NCBI GenBank assembly: GCA_051294905.1
Contig: CM119373.1
Coordinates: 6,944,001-7,008,000, forward strand
Reading direction: 5' to 3'
DNA length: 64,000 nt
From: Botryllus schlosseri
Lineage: Eukaryota
In this document: piece by piece, positions 11,888-24,451 of the stretch
How positions within the stretch are numbered: position 1 is the stretch's first letter
Layout: every line of letters begins with the position of its first letter
Program-made: the position numbers and the translations under genes
The notes under the pieces: model-generated
Database searches by the model: none
Seen by the model: the letters and a program-made list of their open reading frames with translations, nothing else
What the model was told of the DNA's origin: nothing

Positions 11888-13790
11888 TCACCCTTGTACG
11901 AAATAATGCCTGGATCCATGTTCGTTGCCGTTGTAGATTCGAAATTTGATCTGCTTGGTATGCTTTGATCGCTCGGAGGAAGCGTATCCTCCGTTATTTC
12001 TGGAATTCTCGGAATATCGGTCGCTGATACACATGATTCTTGAAGGATATTTGGTTTCAAATCGATTGCGTATTAATTTTATTGGAATGTACACACAGCC
12101 GGCGGATCCACTTTTTGATGCAGCTAAATCCGAATAAAGGCTACAATTTTGGCTGGACATTGCCGTCGTGAGTAATTTTCTGCAGATAATCTTTCCGGCA
12201 ACCGCTTTTCTAATCCTCCCGATACCGTCGTATTGTTGAAAGGCCACCTCCATTCTATGCGAAGAGGACATCGACACCTGATTTCGGGCAATCTCGTCAA
12301 CCGAGCTCGCCAAAGTCGCGACAATTTTACGTATGTGCTAGTACGTGAGCGCCACTTCGTTGCGAAGGAGATATTCGATAACGAGCACCGAAAGATTTGT
12401 GTACAATTCACCGTTTGAGTTTGTAAGCGCAACTTTTTCCTGTGCACAGTCGAAACTCTGGTTGCTTTGCTAGCAAATCTGAATGGAAAATAGGTCGTAG
12501 ATCGTTTCGTAACACGTCGGCGACTTTGTAACGCTTACTTTCCTAAATCGCTCGTAGTCGCGTTGGCCCATAACGAACAGGCCCTGCTGCGAGCGGGATT
12601 TGTTCTGGTCGACTTGAACCACTAAACTCGTAGTGTCGTCGACCGAAGCGAGCGGACGACTTGGCTCTCGCGCGGTAACTCTCCTGAAATACGACAGTCG
12701 TGTCCCTGATGCCATTCCGATGCCAATTATCGTCGCTGCCAAACAATCGCGGATATTTCCTTTGGTGATCGGTCGAGTAAGATCACCATTGAACGCTTCG
12801 AAGTTCATCATTCGAAAAATAAGCAACCGGTAAACTTTGAACCGTTGAATATCTCCACAACAGTGCGAACTTTTCAAATTTCCCCAATTCCTGTCAATAG
12901 CGTCCATGTCGAGCGACAGATGCTTTTCGTTCTGTCGTTTTCGCCTCTTGTTCGTGGTTCGCGAATATGTGGCGATGATCCGCAAGACTCAGAGCACGTT
13001 CTCTGGCGACGCTATTTTATCCAGTATCGTGGGAAAATGCAAACGCGCGAACTGCAAAAATCCTTTCAGTGACGTTAACGTATTGAAAATAGTGCTGGCC
13101 GACAGCTCCTCGCCCTGGTTGCCGATATATTTCACCAGTCGGTCGGGCTCATCAGCAACAAACTTTCAGCAACAAACTTCCTGAACGTCGAATTCATTTT
13201 GCTCAGCACCATATTCGGTTTAAATTCGTCCAGCAGTTGTAGGTTGCGATGCGTATGATACTCGGAGAGCAGCTGCGGTGAACGAATCGCAATTATTTTA
13301 TAAATCCAAGCGACACGGTTCGCGGACATACTCACGGTTGCAAAGTCCGTTTCAAACGATAACTTTTTCAAATTATTCCTGTTACGCTGAAACCGTGACG
13401 TATTTTATCTACGTTTGCGGTTCTCCAGTGCCCCGATACATAAGCTCGGCTTATCGATCGCGAGCAAATAGAACACCACGATTGTGAGCGATGTCGCTTC
13501 GTCGGTACCGAGTAACGTGCAGACATGAAAGTACCAATCGTTTGCTCCTGATCACGGTAATTGTACACGTTGCAATCCTACTCTTTTGCGATTTGAACTG
13601 CCGTCAGCTTGTGTACGGTTCGCAAATGTCGAGATAAATGTCCCTTAGTCCATTTTGGCAAATGCGGCACCTGTCTTTTCTTACGCGTTTTACAGGACGG
13701 ATCTTTATAGGACTGCTCGCGATACACGATAATATTAGCGGAGTTGTATGTGACAAATGACGAAAGACTCACCTGATCGCTTCGACATTC
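11888..13790 (-). pseudogene. C2H2-zinc-finger + tyrosine recombinase (Crypton-like) gene, degraded
   Basis: In N-to-C order across frames: HLSRHLRTVH and CSICSRSISRAYVSGH (zinc-finger-like); FKPNMVLSKMNSTFRKFV (core-binding-like); ASGTRLSYFRRVT (catalytic R); VQVDQNKS..QG (K); *HIRKIVAT (HxxR box); SHRMEVAFQQY (H and nucleophile Y). Confidence 0.65.
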
Positions 13791-13996
13791 GCAGTGTCCA
13801 TATCGCTCATCACCGAATCGCCGACTTGATGCGAGAGAATCGTAACAGCGCAGCGTTACACGCCAAGGTTCACCACTAAGGGCGTCTTCACACTGTGGAG
13901 TTTCCGAACCGATTCCGAAACAGTTAAAACTGGGAGTTGCAATATCAACAAATAAATAAAATCGTCGAACAAACTAGGCATGCAACAAAAATTCTT

Positions 13997-14140
13997 ACTG
14001 CTGGTAGAAAGTTGTTCGGCAATAGTGGTCCAAGCCTCATCCAACTTGTGCCGCTTCTTATGAATTGGTAACTGAACATTCCAAAGGCAGGTATGTTGTG
14101 AGATCAAATCAATTAATCTTCTATTGAATTCAGTATCCAT
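13997..14140 (-). pseudogene. MADF (Myb/SANT-like) domain exon
   Basis: LIDLISQHTCLWNVQLPIHKKRHKLDEAWTTIAEQL followed by a GTAAG donor. Confidence 0.85.
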
Positions 14141-14190
14141 AATCAGTAGTAAACTCTGTTATGAGACTATTAAAAACAACAACAACAGAT

Positions 14191-14250
14191 GATCAATTGC
14201 AATAATAACAAAATGATGAGGATCAATTGCAATAATAACAAAATGATGAG
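14191..14250. repeat. Perfect 30-bp tandem duplication
   Basis: gatcaattgcaataataacaaaatgatgag occurs twice. Confidence 0.98.
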
Positions 14251-14353
14251 AAACGATAAGTGTTATTCACTTTCAATGCCAATACATCAATGTGCAGTTG
14301 TGCACTTTACAACTTCACGAATCATTTGCAATTTACTCAATGCACAAGAATAG

Positions 14354-15990
14354 TCATTGGTTCTGTTGCCAGGGAACTGCACCAACTGTCAGGAAGTACT
14401 TCAATAGCTGAGATCTGTAGAAGCCAGCATCTCGAGTATGAAAATTTGAGCCAAATGAAGAGAGTTGGTGCAAGTTGACATTTTCCGGGATTGCCCAGCG
14501 CCAATTTCCATCCAACACATGGCCATCACTATTCACATCATCTCCTTGAATTGCTGATGATGACATCAACCTTGAGCCATTCTTGTTCTGTATAAAATTG
14601 TGAAGCACAACAGCAGCTTGCACGATTGCTTTAACACGTTCAACATGACAATTTATAGGCCTGTAAAATATTTGGAAACGTACAGCAAGTATCCCAAAGG
14701 CATTTTCAATCACACGTCTTGCTCTACACAAGCGATAATTGAAAATTTTCTTGTTGGCATCTAAATAACGACCAGGAAATGGTTTCATCATTCCCACTTT
14801 TAGTGGAAATGCATCATCACATGCAAAGTAATGCGGCATGATTATGTCAGAGGATGGTAAAAGGCTAGGCGATGGAATACCCAATGTGCCATTTTCAAAT
14901 CTACGGCCCATAGTGGAATTGGAATATACACCGCCATCACTGTGACGACCACAATCACCGATAGAAACCAGGGTAAATCGATACTGAGCGTCACATACAT
15001 CACATACAGCTAACAAAACAACGGAGAAAAAGCCTTTGTAATTATAGTAATCACTGCCAGAATTCAGTGGCGCTTTAATCTTTATATGCTTCCCATCAAG
15101 GGCACCAATGCAGTTAAGACATTGCCATATATCAGAAAATTCAGAAGCAATTCGAAGCCAGTCCGTGGTAGAGGGGGGCGCAAGAACAATAGGTGCGAGT
15201 TTGGCCCAAATAGCTTTGCAGCACTCATCTATAATTACTCCCACTGTTGTATGACCAACACGGAAGGAGAAGGACAGTTGTACTTTATCGGCTCCCGTGA
15301 TAAGGTATCTGAAAAATGATTATTGTTGCACTGACAGTGAACATACAAATATTTTTGTGCTCAAATAGCATAAATATATTTGATGAAGTAGAAATTCGTA
15401 ACGATATTTCAATATACATTTACTATCCATAACTATGTCACTGTCAGATCATATTGTTTCACTGATCAGAAATGTTCATATTGATGAAACAGCAATTATG
15501 GAAGCCTTGTCCACACCTTATTTCATGATCTCACCTATTTGACTATAAATTGACACACCTTAATAGACAACATGCGAACATAAATCATCTCAATATTACA
15601 TGGCTTCCTTTATTATTACCGAGATCTATTCTCCGGGCGAAATAAATTCAAAAACTGAGCTTTAGACCAAATAATTGCAGTAGTACCGGTACTGCATAGA
15701 GCTTAGGACAACAGCTGAATTATGAATCTATGCTAACCTCAAAGTCAGAATCAATCTTTTCTTTGGAGAGATAGCCTTGCGAAAATTAGTGTCAACATGT
15801 TTGATGTCATTATGAATAAGCATCAGCAAGGTGTGGAACTCTAAACTGGTCATCCTGAAATACGTGTGGCATTTCTCGGGATCCCCACCAGCTAAAAGGC
15901 TTTCTGCTAGCACAAACTCTGATTGAGTATCTCTTTCGGTCCACAATTCATGTACCCAATATGATCTAAAGAAACATAAACTGGCTATGT
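14354..15990 (-). CDS. Harbinger DDE transposase, intron-split (about 15732-15990 and 14354-15310)
   Basis: YFRMT..EF, AISPKKRLILTLR; FRVGHTTV, CIGALDGKHI, YYNYKGFFSVVLLAVCD, DDAFPL, FNYRLCRARRVIENAFGIL, LHNF. The 296-aa ORF is largely intact. Confidence 0.9.
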
Positions 15991-16393
15991 GTGCATTTGA
16001 CTTCTTTCAAATAGGCATATGCCGTGAACGGAGCACGCCCATGGCACATTTCACTCACCTTTCTGCAGAGGGACATAGCTCCTGACAAAGATAGTAAGCA
16101 CAAATTGCTCTAACTGAAATAGCTGCCTTTCTTCTATTCATATTCATCACTAAAATGAATAAGATCCTGCTATTTTATCACGCAAAGTGGTAGCTCAGAA
16201 AATCCCTCGAGGACCTACCTGCCACGATGTCGCCGATAAAGTAGCGCATGTTCTACCGGTACGCCGACGTAAATTAGAGAAAGAATTTCGTCGGCGACCG
16301 CCAAAATCGCGACTCCGGTGTGCATCGAATTTCTGCGATTCTCTCCTATTGTTGCACAACTGCGTCGCCAACTCCAGTGTGCATAGGGCTTTA

Positions 16394-17718
16394 AGGCCTC
16401 TGCACACTGACCTCGCGACGCAACATCGCGAGTCGTAAGTCGCGAAGCAATTCACACTGGTCTCGGCAGTGCCCACAAGCGGCAACTACAACTCTTGCGC
16501 GTTCTGTCCGAAGTATCGAAATGGATACACATTGCACAGCTCCCGATAGATCGCATAATGAATATTTCGATGGGTATACATGGGTTTGTCAATGAATAAG
16601 ATGACGCACACACTTTTCTATTAACGAACCAATATCATATTTCAATGCTGAAAACGCATAATCTGGGTGACCCAGTTGAACGCGCTATTTCCGGTTGCCG
16701 ATCCAAATTTCTGGAGTTCTAGCTGTAGCCTACTATGCTACACACACCAAGCCTTTCTGTATTCCATTGCCTCAGTGACTGCATCAACTGTCAACAGTGT
16801 CAAGCACCCATACATTAATTTCTCGATATGATAAAGAACAACATTCAAATGCATTATAATTTTATTTAAATGAATTAAGTCTTAACAATATTCAAATATA
16901 ACTCTGGGATTCTTTCCTTTTCAATCTTCGCCATCAAGCATTGAAATCGATCCGTGGGTCTGGTTGATTCATTCTCCTTAATGATGCATAGTCCATTTCT
17001 GACTTCTATAATATTAGCCGCTGCATTTGGTACCGAAGTCTGATAAAGAGGAGAATAGACGAAATCTAACATCAAGAATTACACTGCTGCTACCTAGTCA
17101 ACAAAAAGGTTTTCAGACGTCGTGTACCGAGATGTACCGGTATCTGAAATATACATCAGTGAACCCATGACGTACCACGATTATATGTACCTGCTTACCC
17201 AGTTTCAAACCAATGTACACTGAACAGGTTAAAATGAATCAGACAAGGTATATCTACTAAATCCACCTGTAGACATACTGAGAGTTTCGCGGTATCGGTA
17301 CTGCCGGTACTGGTTTGCCTTTGATAATTACCAAGTACCGGTACTGCTAAGTGCTTACAGTAGAATGCGTTCTTGCAATTAAGCTTCAAGTTCTAAAATG
17401 GCCTCAAATCAGTCTAAACTCAATAAGGAAACAATTATAGATGCCAAAACACGCAATACCCGGACAAACTATTGCGGTGACATAGAGCTAACGATCAGTA
17501 ACTGCTGACCAGTCGCGCGCAACTCGCGATAAAGTTGAAAATTATCAACTTTGTCGCGGAGTTGCGCAACCCAAAGAATGTAGAAGGACATTCTTTGGCG
17601 CAACCCTGTCGCAGACGGCATGTTGCGAGTTGCCGGCGACTCCGGTCTGCATGGTCCAGTCGCAGACAGGCGCGATTCTCTCGTTTTATCGGGTCGCGAG
17701 CTCAGTGTGCAGAGGCCT
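16394..17718. mobile_element. Non-autonomous Harbinger element
   Basis: TIR AGGCCTCTGCACACTGA(c/g)CTCGCGAC of about 26 bp; TTA on both sides (16391-16393, 17719-17721). Confidence 0.9.
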
Positions 17719-19562
17719 TTACAGCTACGAGGTTGCGATTCGGGGTAGTGTCGTAGCGCCAAGTCGATATAATATACTGCCTTTTGGAAAGGATGGATAA
17801 AGGTAGAACAAACTGTCTGTCTTTGGAAGAGATGGCTTGATGTAGGGTGTCGGCACTACTAATCCCAGTAAAGATCTGATTCCATACACCGGTTATTGTA
17901 AATATATACTTATTGTATACTGCGGAGTGGTTTCTTGTAACGTATTGTAGTTTCAAAATGGTGAGGGAAAGGTGTATAATATTATTTGAAAACTATCACG
18001 AAGCTCAATAAATCAATTCGCGAAGAATTCAAAATCTTTTTGATGCGAATGAATCCCCCTCTCATGCACCACTGCTGAACATTATCATTGCTAGCGATTT
18101 TGTTGTATAAATAAAATAATTTCATGAGTAACCAAATTAAAAATGACTAACATCAAGTGTCATGATCACAGCTTACATCACCTGTCGTCCTTGAAAGACA
18201 CCAGCAGTACCGGTACCGTAAGTCAATATGACCGGCGAATTTTCGAAAAGCATGAAATAATTGACAGTTTGGTGAAATGAGTACGGCGCCACCTGCGTTC
18301 ATATTGCACATATTTCGAAAATATTTACGGAGAATATTACGTTCACACCAGAGGGGTTGTTACGTTCGTATTGAGTGATTTCGCTAAATGTTTACCGGAT
18401 AGAATGTTACCGAAACTCAGTATGAAGACACCCTAAATGCGCGCCGCTACGAAAATAAGGCCGATAAATTTTCCAGTGGCATTGTTACGTCACACAGAGA
18501 GCTAGATTCAATATTTTGCGAAAACCGACTTGTACCCGATCACTGTAGCGTAGCACGCGATCGCCGAAGAATGGAGACGGCCCTTCGAAGGATCAGTCTT
18601 GCCTGGGTATGGTTTTAGTAGTCGAATGGCGACACCCACGTCGCAGCGTTCAAACTTGTACGAAGATCACAATAGATTAGTACACGAGCAACGAATAAGG
18701 CAACCAGCATGATTAGTACGAGTTTTCACTGAAAAAATACGGCGCAAACGACGATTCGAATGTAGTGACGTCGAATTCGCGCTACCACGTCACGATTTTT
18801 CAACTGTGACGGAAGTAGTTGAGTGACATGCATATGGCTCTTCAGAGGTAAAATGGAAAATAACCGTTCAATATGGCTCTGGTTTAGAACAGGGGCGGAT
18901 TCCAGATTTTGGAGATCCGTATTCGTATATTGAGGGCCGAGGCCAATTCCTCTCCTTAACAAATCAGCACTTAAGTGCGATTCTCTACTCAATTAAGTGC
19001 TGATCGATACTCAAACTTAAGTGCGCGTCAATTCATGTCACTTAGTTGAGTATCGATTTTCAGACGTCATTTTCGAGAATCGTGTTGCCAGATTTTATTT
19101 ACTCCGAATCTGATATGCGTGATTGGTTTCGTCATGACAACAGGAGGCTGTCGTCCGAAAATCGCGACCAAAGCGTATGGTGGGCTACACACAGATATAA
19201 CGAATCGGCAATATCGCTGTGCTTGGGCAGTGTTGACTGTTAATTGGAACCGCTAGTATGCATAGCATACGTTTCGCTAGCAGCTGTCGGCGAACGTAGT
19301 GCAACTCTCAACGAAACTCCTGGTACATGTACCAATCCAAGGACCCTAGGCTCTCACAGTGCCGGCTTTATATGCACTTCCAGTGCAGTAGGCCTACCTC
19401 ATATTGCAGCTATATTCTCTCACATTCAACTGGTCGCATGTACTATCCATATTATCCGTGGACCCTAGGTTATCAAAGCTCCTGCAATCTAACTTTTTAA
19501 CGATACCCTGTTATTAAAACTTTCAGCAAGTAATAGTGTACCGTACACCTGTATTCTGCAAA

Positions 19563-20363
19563 ATGAACTTAAACGAATGTGAAGATCCAATTGAAATTCT
19601 GGAAATACTCGAAGAGCGAAACCACCACCACACTCCACAAAATTATTTGAAAGATGTTCACAATCCATTAGAAATATATACAGACAAGAAGTTTTACAAG
19701 CGCTATCGCTTTTCCAAAGATTCCGCTATCGATATTTTCAGGATTATCAAACATGAACAGTCATTATCTGTCCGACCGCAATGCCTGCCCCCACTGCTCC
19801 AATTCCTTATGGCGTTACGTTTTTTTGCTGAAGGCCACATACAGCAATCGGATGCAGACTTGATGGGTGTGTCACGCAGCACAGCAAGGCGCAGCATTCA
19901 CAGAGTAGCCTACGCCATCGCCACTCAGAAGCCTTCCTTCATCCAGCATTATTATGCTGATGTTCAAAAGATCAAGGAAGGCTTCTACAAAATTGCTGGT
20001 TTTCCTGGAGTAGTGGGGGCAATCGATTGCACTCACATACCTATCATGTCACCAGTAGGTAGCGAGGCCGAAATATTCCGTAACAGGAAAGGATACATGT
20101 CGATTAACGTACAAGTTATATGTGACAGTGATCGCAAAATCTTGAACATAGTTGCAAGGTGGCCCGGCTCCACTCACGACTCGCGCATATTCAACAACAG
20201 TGCAATCAAGGGTGATTTCGAGGAAGGCGTGATTGACGGGATCCTCGGTGACAACGGCTATGCCTGCCTCCCATATTTAATGACGCCATTAATGAATCCA
20301 ACATCAACACAGGAAAAGCGATATAATAAGAAGCACATCTCCACGAGATCCCGCGTTGAGAAC
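19563..20363 (+). pseudogene. Harbinger (HARBI1-like) transposase, 3'-truncated after RSRVE
   Basis: FYKRYRFSK, ALRFFAEG, FPGVVGAIDCTHI, NRKGYMSINVQVICD, ARWPGSTHDS, LGDNGY and YNKKH motifs; the GxLKxRF/LHN end is missing. Confidence 0.9.
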
Positions 20364-20489
20364 AATGGAGGCTCAGTAAAAGACACGATCAATGAATGAT
20401 TGGTCGCTCTCACAGGTTACAACAGCGTTTCGCGAACAATCCGACCACATGCAAGGCACAGTGATTTTTATCGATATCGATTGCTTTAT

Positions 20490-20640
20490 GACTCAAAATT
20501 GACTCGTGAATTTTGCTTCGAGTCACGAGTCAATCCACATTTCTGATACGCCTAGTCAAGTCAAGTCAAGTCATTCTAGCAAAGTGACTCGAGTCAAGTC
20601 AAGTTATACGAAAAAGGTGACTCGAGTCATCCCAACACTG
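20490..20640. mobile_element. GACTCGAGTC/CAAGT-motif MITE fragment (hAT-like end CCCAACACTG)
   Basis: Repeated tgactcgagtcaagtc motifs; similar element at 30177-30350. Confidence 0.55.
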
Positions 20641-21039
20641 GTATGTGGTTGTGTAGTTTTAAGTTGTAACCAGGGCCGAAGCCACATTTTTTCAGCTGCC
20701 TCCCGCTCAAATAAACACTGATCTTGAGCCGACTGTAGGGTAATCGATGCAACATCGTTAAATTATTTGAATGAATTATGTCAATAATTTGTTCTTCCTT
20801 ATATTACTATACAAAGTCAGAGTTGATATTTTGCGGCATATACACCGACTCGTGATATATACAATATACATAACCTACATACGCTCTGTGCATATGCATA
20901 CCATGAGTGAATGATGTGCATATGCCGCTGGACAAGGAAGGTGCAGATATAGCCTTGTACACGGCTTTCTAAGTCCTGCACCACCCCTCCATGCTATCCC
21001 AATGGGCCAAGCGGAGAAGTCATTGATATCAATTTTACT

Positions 21040-21110
21040 AATCAGGTCTTTGGTCTGACCCGGCCGGAGACCGACCTACCGATCAAGAAGCCGGACGCTT
21101 CACCATTACG
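21040..21110 (-). mobile_element. SINE head fragment of the same family as 7639 and 50046
   Basis: Reverse complement reads taatggtgaagcgtccggcttcttgatcggtaggtcgg...ccggccgggtcagaccaaagac. Confidence 0.7.
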
Positions 21111-21259
21111 ATATCTTGTCGGTTAACGCTATCTTGTCGCTATCTTGTACATTGTTAAGTCATGTCCAAGCGGCATAAACCGACTCTATGAGTATACCGT
21201 TATCTTGTAACTGCGATTACAATTAGACTGATTTCTGTAACTGAATGTTATCTTTATTT

Positions 21260-21523
21260 ATTTTTGATCGCAGTTTTTGCGAGGGTGGTAGTATCCATAT
21301 TAAAACCAATGTATGTGTTACTAAATCGCGCGCAGCGCGAAGAAATATTTCATGTAGCATTAATCTGTTCAAAAATAACATTGTTTCTGTTGATTTAGCC
21401 AAAAATAATGAGCTTACTTCAAAATTCCGGACATTTAGGCATATTTTAGAAATTCCTCCCGGACGCAGCTTTAACAGTGAAATTCCGGACATGTCCGGGA
21501 AATTCCGGACGTATGGCAGCCCT
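21260..21523. mobile_element. Right part of a hAT-type MITE
   Basis: Repeated ccggac motifs ending ccggacgtatggcagcccta; matching left end not found. Confidence 0.45.
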
Positions 21524-21534
21524 AGGTTAGTTCA

Positions 21535-21872
21535 TCATCATCATCATTGGTTTATTAGCAATTTTATCAGTTCAATACACCACAAAATGCGATACAATGG
21601 AAAGACAGGAAGATGTCGAAGCGACAAGGAGTAGTCTATGGAATCTGACACCCACCTTGGCCTAGGCCAGTGGTTCCCAACCTTTTTCGACCCATCGCCC
21701 CCTTTTCAAGGTCAACACCGATCATCGCCCCCCAAATTTTGTGCACCGATAATTGGGCATACAGACTGTAATCACCGGCGGGTTGACTAAAAAAAAAAAA
21801 AAAAAAAAGGTCATCTTTCTCCGCTCAGAGCTGAAAATAACGTTTTTTCGCTCCGCATTGCTAGGTGGATGA

Positions 21873-21909
<37 letters not shown>

Positions 21910-22900
21910 TCAACCGTTTTACGCGTCATCGCCCCCCTATCGCCCCCTTCGCTATTTTCGCCCCCCGTCGCCCCCTTTGTCCATTTTCGCCCCCCTGTCG
22001 CCCCCTTCGTCATTTTCGCCCCCCTAGATCGCCCAATCGCCCCCTGGGGGGCGATATCGCCCACGTTGGGAACCACTGGCCTAGGCGATGTAAAGAGGAG
22101 GCATGCACACTGAATGAAAGTAAAGAAGATAGTATAGAAGAAGAATCCGACAAGAAATAGGGCGGCATGTCATGGGAAGCGAGATCGATAGGTCAGTCGT
22201 GGTCCGGTAATCTTGAGGATGGACTGTATTTATTTAGTAGTAATTGCTTGTATTTCGACTTGAATGTGGACATGCTCGTCGACTGTCGGATGGCCGGCGG
22301 GATACTGTTCCACACATCAGGTCCGGCATATTTGATGGAGCGATGATCTTTTCGGTCGATCATATGATATTTGGACGACGTGGACGCGCGTGTGTTGTAC
22401 TTGTGCGCTTTTGATTCAGAGGTAAAGAAGTCATTGAAATATTCGGGGCAACGACCGCAGTGAAACTGATACATAAACTTGGCGATTTCTAGTTTCCGCA
22501 TATCTTCTATGTTTAGGACGCCGAATCTATATTATGAAGGTACAATCACTATCGATACTATGGTTGCCAGTGAACTCGGCCCCACAATATTACAATATAT
22601 ACTATTTAAAACAACCTATAGTTGCTCACACAAATATCGTAATCAACCCTTCTCTTTTAAAAAATCAGGTGACGTAAATGCTGCTAGAAAATTTTTAAAT
22701 CCTTTTTTAACAATCCTTCCTTCTAGGTTCTGCAAATCTATATTGACGCTCACCCACAGTATCTATTAATCTTTTAGGCTTTGTCGTACATGCATGGTTG
22801 CAACCGATGCTAAAATGCCTCGCAGCTAGTCGGTACTTTGATAAATGTGCTTTGTTAAAAGTTAAAACACATCCTAGTATGCAGCACTGCCTCACTATGC
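21535..22900 (-). mobile_element. CR1/L2-group LINE, 3' fragment interrupted by a MITE
   Basis: ORF2 C-terminus KLEIAKFMY...HKYNTR...SIKYAGPDVWNSIP..IR...FKSKYK (22193-22501); 3' UTR ends aataaacc(aatg)(atg)n. Confidence 0.8.
21668..22078. mobile_element. hAT MITE (411 bp)
   Basis: TIR CAGTGGTTCCCAAC; perfect palindromic TSD GCCTAGGC; internal TCGCCCCC repeats and two poly(A) runs. Confidence 0.97.
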
Positions 22901-23239
22901 TCAAGAAACCAACAAAAACCAAACCAATTGGGGAAAATCAGTGAATTAGTACGCCAGCAAGGTCGATTGCAGCACTCCACCACAGTCGACATACGCAATC
23001 CCGTACCTCTACTCAAGCATATCCCGCGACGGACTGATTTCGCCGGGAACCTATCTTATACCGTTGAGGGGCGTGGCAGTTTCCAATCATTGTATATATA
23101 TCATTGTTCCAACCAGTAGCCGCATTGCTACAGGAGAAGAAAGTTTCTATTTATTATGTCTGGACGAGGGAAAGGAGGAAAAGGCTGCTAGCTACTGCCG
23201 ACTGACCGCCGACCTGCGGACTAAACACCCGCACGGGAA

Positions 23240-24451
23240 ATGGCAACCTCAAACCGGTACACCCACCGTCCAAGGTCCCTGGACGTAACAATCCCAGACG
23301 GATTGTTAATCACAGATGTCTACTCCGCTATATTAAATTTCGCCCCCATAAAAAACCTAACAGACTATATTGAATCCATCTATCAAATCGGACTGAAAAC
23401 CTATAACATTACTATATTCGACATGGAAAGCACGCAAAACATAAAAAAAGAATTCATCGATGTGACTCGAAACGGTATTAGAACACCGAACGGAATAATC
23501 AAATTCAAAAACGCTCAGGAGCCATACCAAGCAATCAATATCCGGGCCATCCCTACCGAAGCCACAGATCGGGAAATCGTAGAAATGGTAGAAAGAACCG
23601 GATGTGGAAAGGTCACAAAAATAATAAAGATAATGCACCGCGGAACAACAATCCATAATGGATACAGACGAGTCCTAATCCAAAAATACAAGCCTGGAAA
23701 CCTCCCTCCCTTCTTCAATATCAGAGGACTCTCATGCAAAGTATTCTTCCCACCAGGAGAATACGAGCCAGAGTGTTTCCGCTGTTTACAAAAAGGCCAC
23801 ACAGGACGAAACTGCACAAACCAGACAGTCTGCATTGAATGTAAGCAAACCGGACACCGTAGGGCCAACTGCCCAGACCTATTAACGGAATTCCCCACAC
23901 CCAACGAGGTGAAACAAACAAAGACGATCGAAAGAAACGAAGAAAACAAACAACAAAACACACCCCCCATGGGAGAAAATAATGAAAATACAGAGGAACA
24001 TGATGAAAGCAACTCCGAACAAACACAACAAGAAACAGAAAACAATGAAAATAACATCCTACCAGAACTTACAGAAAGTTCTGCCGACAAAAAAAGCGCC
24101 GAAACAGATATGTTTGAGATATCTGAAGAAAACCCCCCTTCCGATCTGGAAAACCCGACCTCAGAGGGTTCAGCAGAGAACAAAACCCACACAGAAGTGG
24201 ATGATCCTGATCCATCTGACCCCTTGGAACCCCCCTTAATCCCCCCAAGAAACAGAAATAGAGGGAAAGGAGTATCAAGCGTACCTATGGCGATACCAGA
24301 ACCCCTCCAAGTCCAGATCTTCAAGCATATAGAATGCATCCCCACCCCACTAGAACAAAAAACCCCAAATAGCCCAAGACCAAAGAGAGCCTACCAAAGC
24401 AGCCCCGAGGAAGGAAAAAACGACAATAACAAAAAAATACAAAAAAAGTAG
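23240..24451 (+). CDS. LINE ORF1 (RRM-like region + 2 zinc knuckles), 403 aa, intact
   Basis: CFRCLQKGHTGRNC, CIECKQTGHRRANC, HNGYRRV, and a low-complexity C-terminus. Confidence 0.92.
   Translation: MATSNRYTHRPRSLDVTIPDGLLITDVYSAILNFAPIKNLTDYIESIYQIGLKTYNITIFDMESTQNIKKEFIDVTRNGIRTPNGIIKFKNAQEPYQAINIRAIPTEATDREIVEMVERTGCGKVTKIIKIMHRGTTIHNGYRRVLIQKYKPGNLPPFFNIRGLSCKVFFPPGEYEPECFRCLQKGHTGRNCTNQTVCIECKQTGHRRANCPDLLTEFPTPNEVKQTKTIERNEENKQQNTPPMGENNENTEEHDESNSEQTQQETENNENNILPELTESSADKKSAETDMFEISEENPPSDLENPTSEGSAENKTHTEVDDPDPSDPLEPPLIPPRNRNRGKGVSSVPMAIPEPLQVQIFKHIECIPTPLEQKTPNSPRPKRAYQSSPEEGKNDNNKKIQKK

Larger units (their letters stand above)
13879..16390 (-). mobile_element. Harbinger element (transposase + truncated MADF gene)
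   Basis: Right end CAGTGTGCATAGGGCT|TTA. Probable left end AGGGCGTCTTCACACTG is an imperfect match. Two-gene organisation. Confidence 0.7.

Noticed and set aside
18726-18992. Possible protease-like ORF upstream of the YR gene
   Set aside because: No catalytic motif could be matched with confidence.
21786-21906. Poly(A) tracts as retroposon tails
   Set aside because: They are internal to a TIR/TSD-bounded MITE and follow a shared gactaaaa motif; run lengths may also be unreliable.
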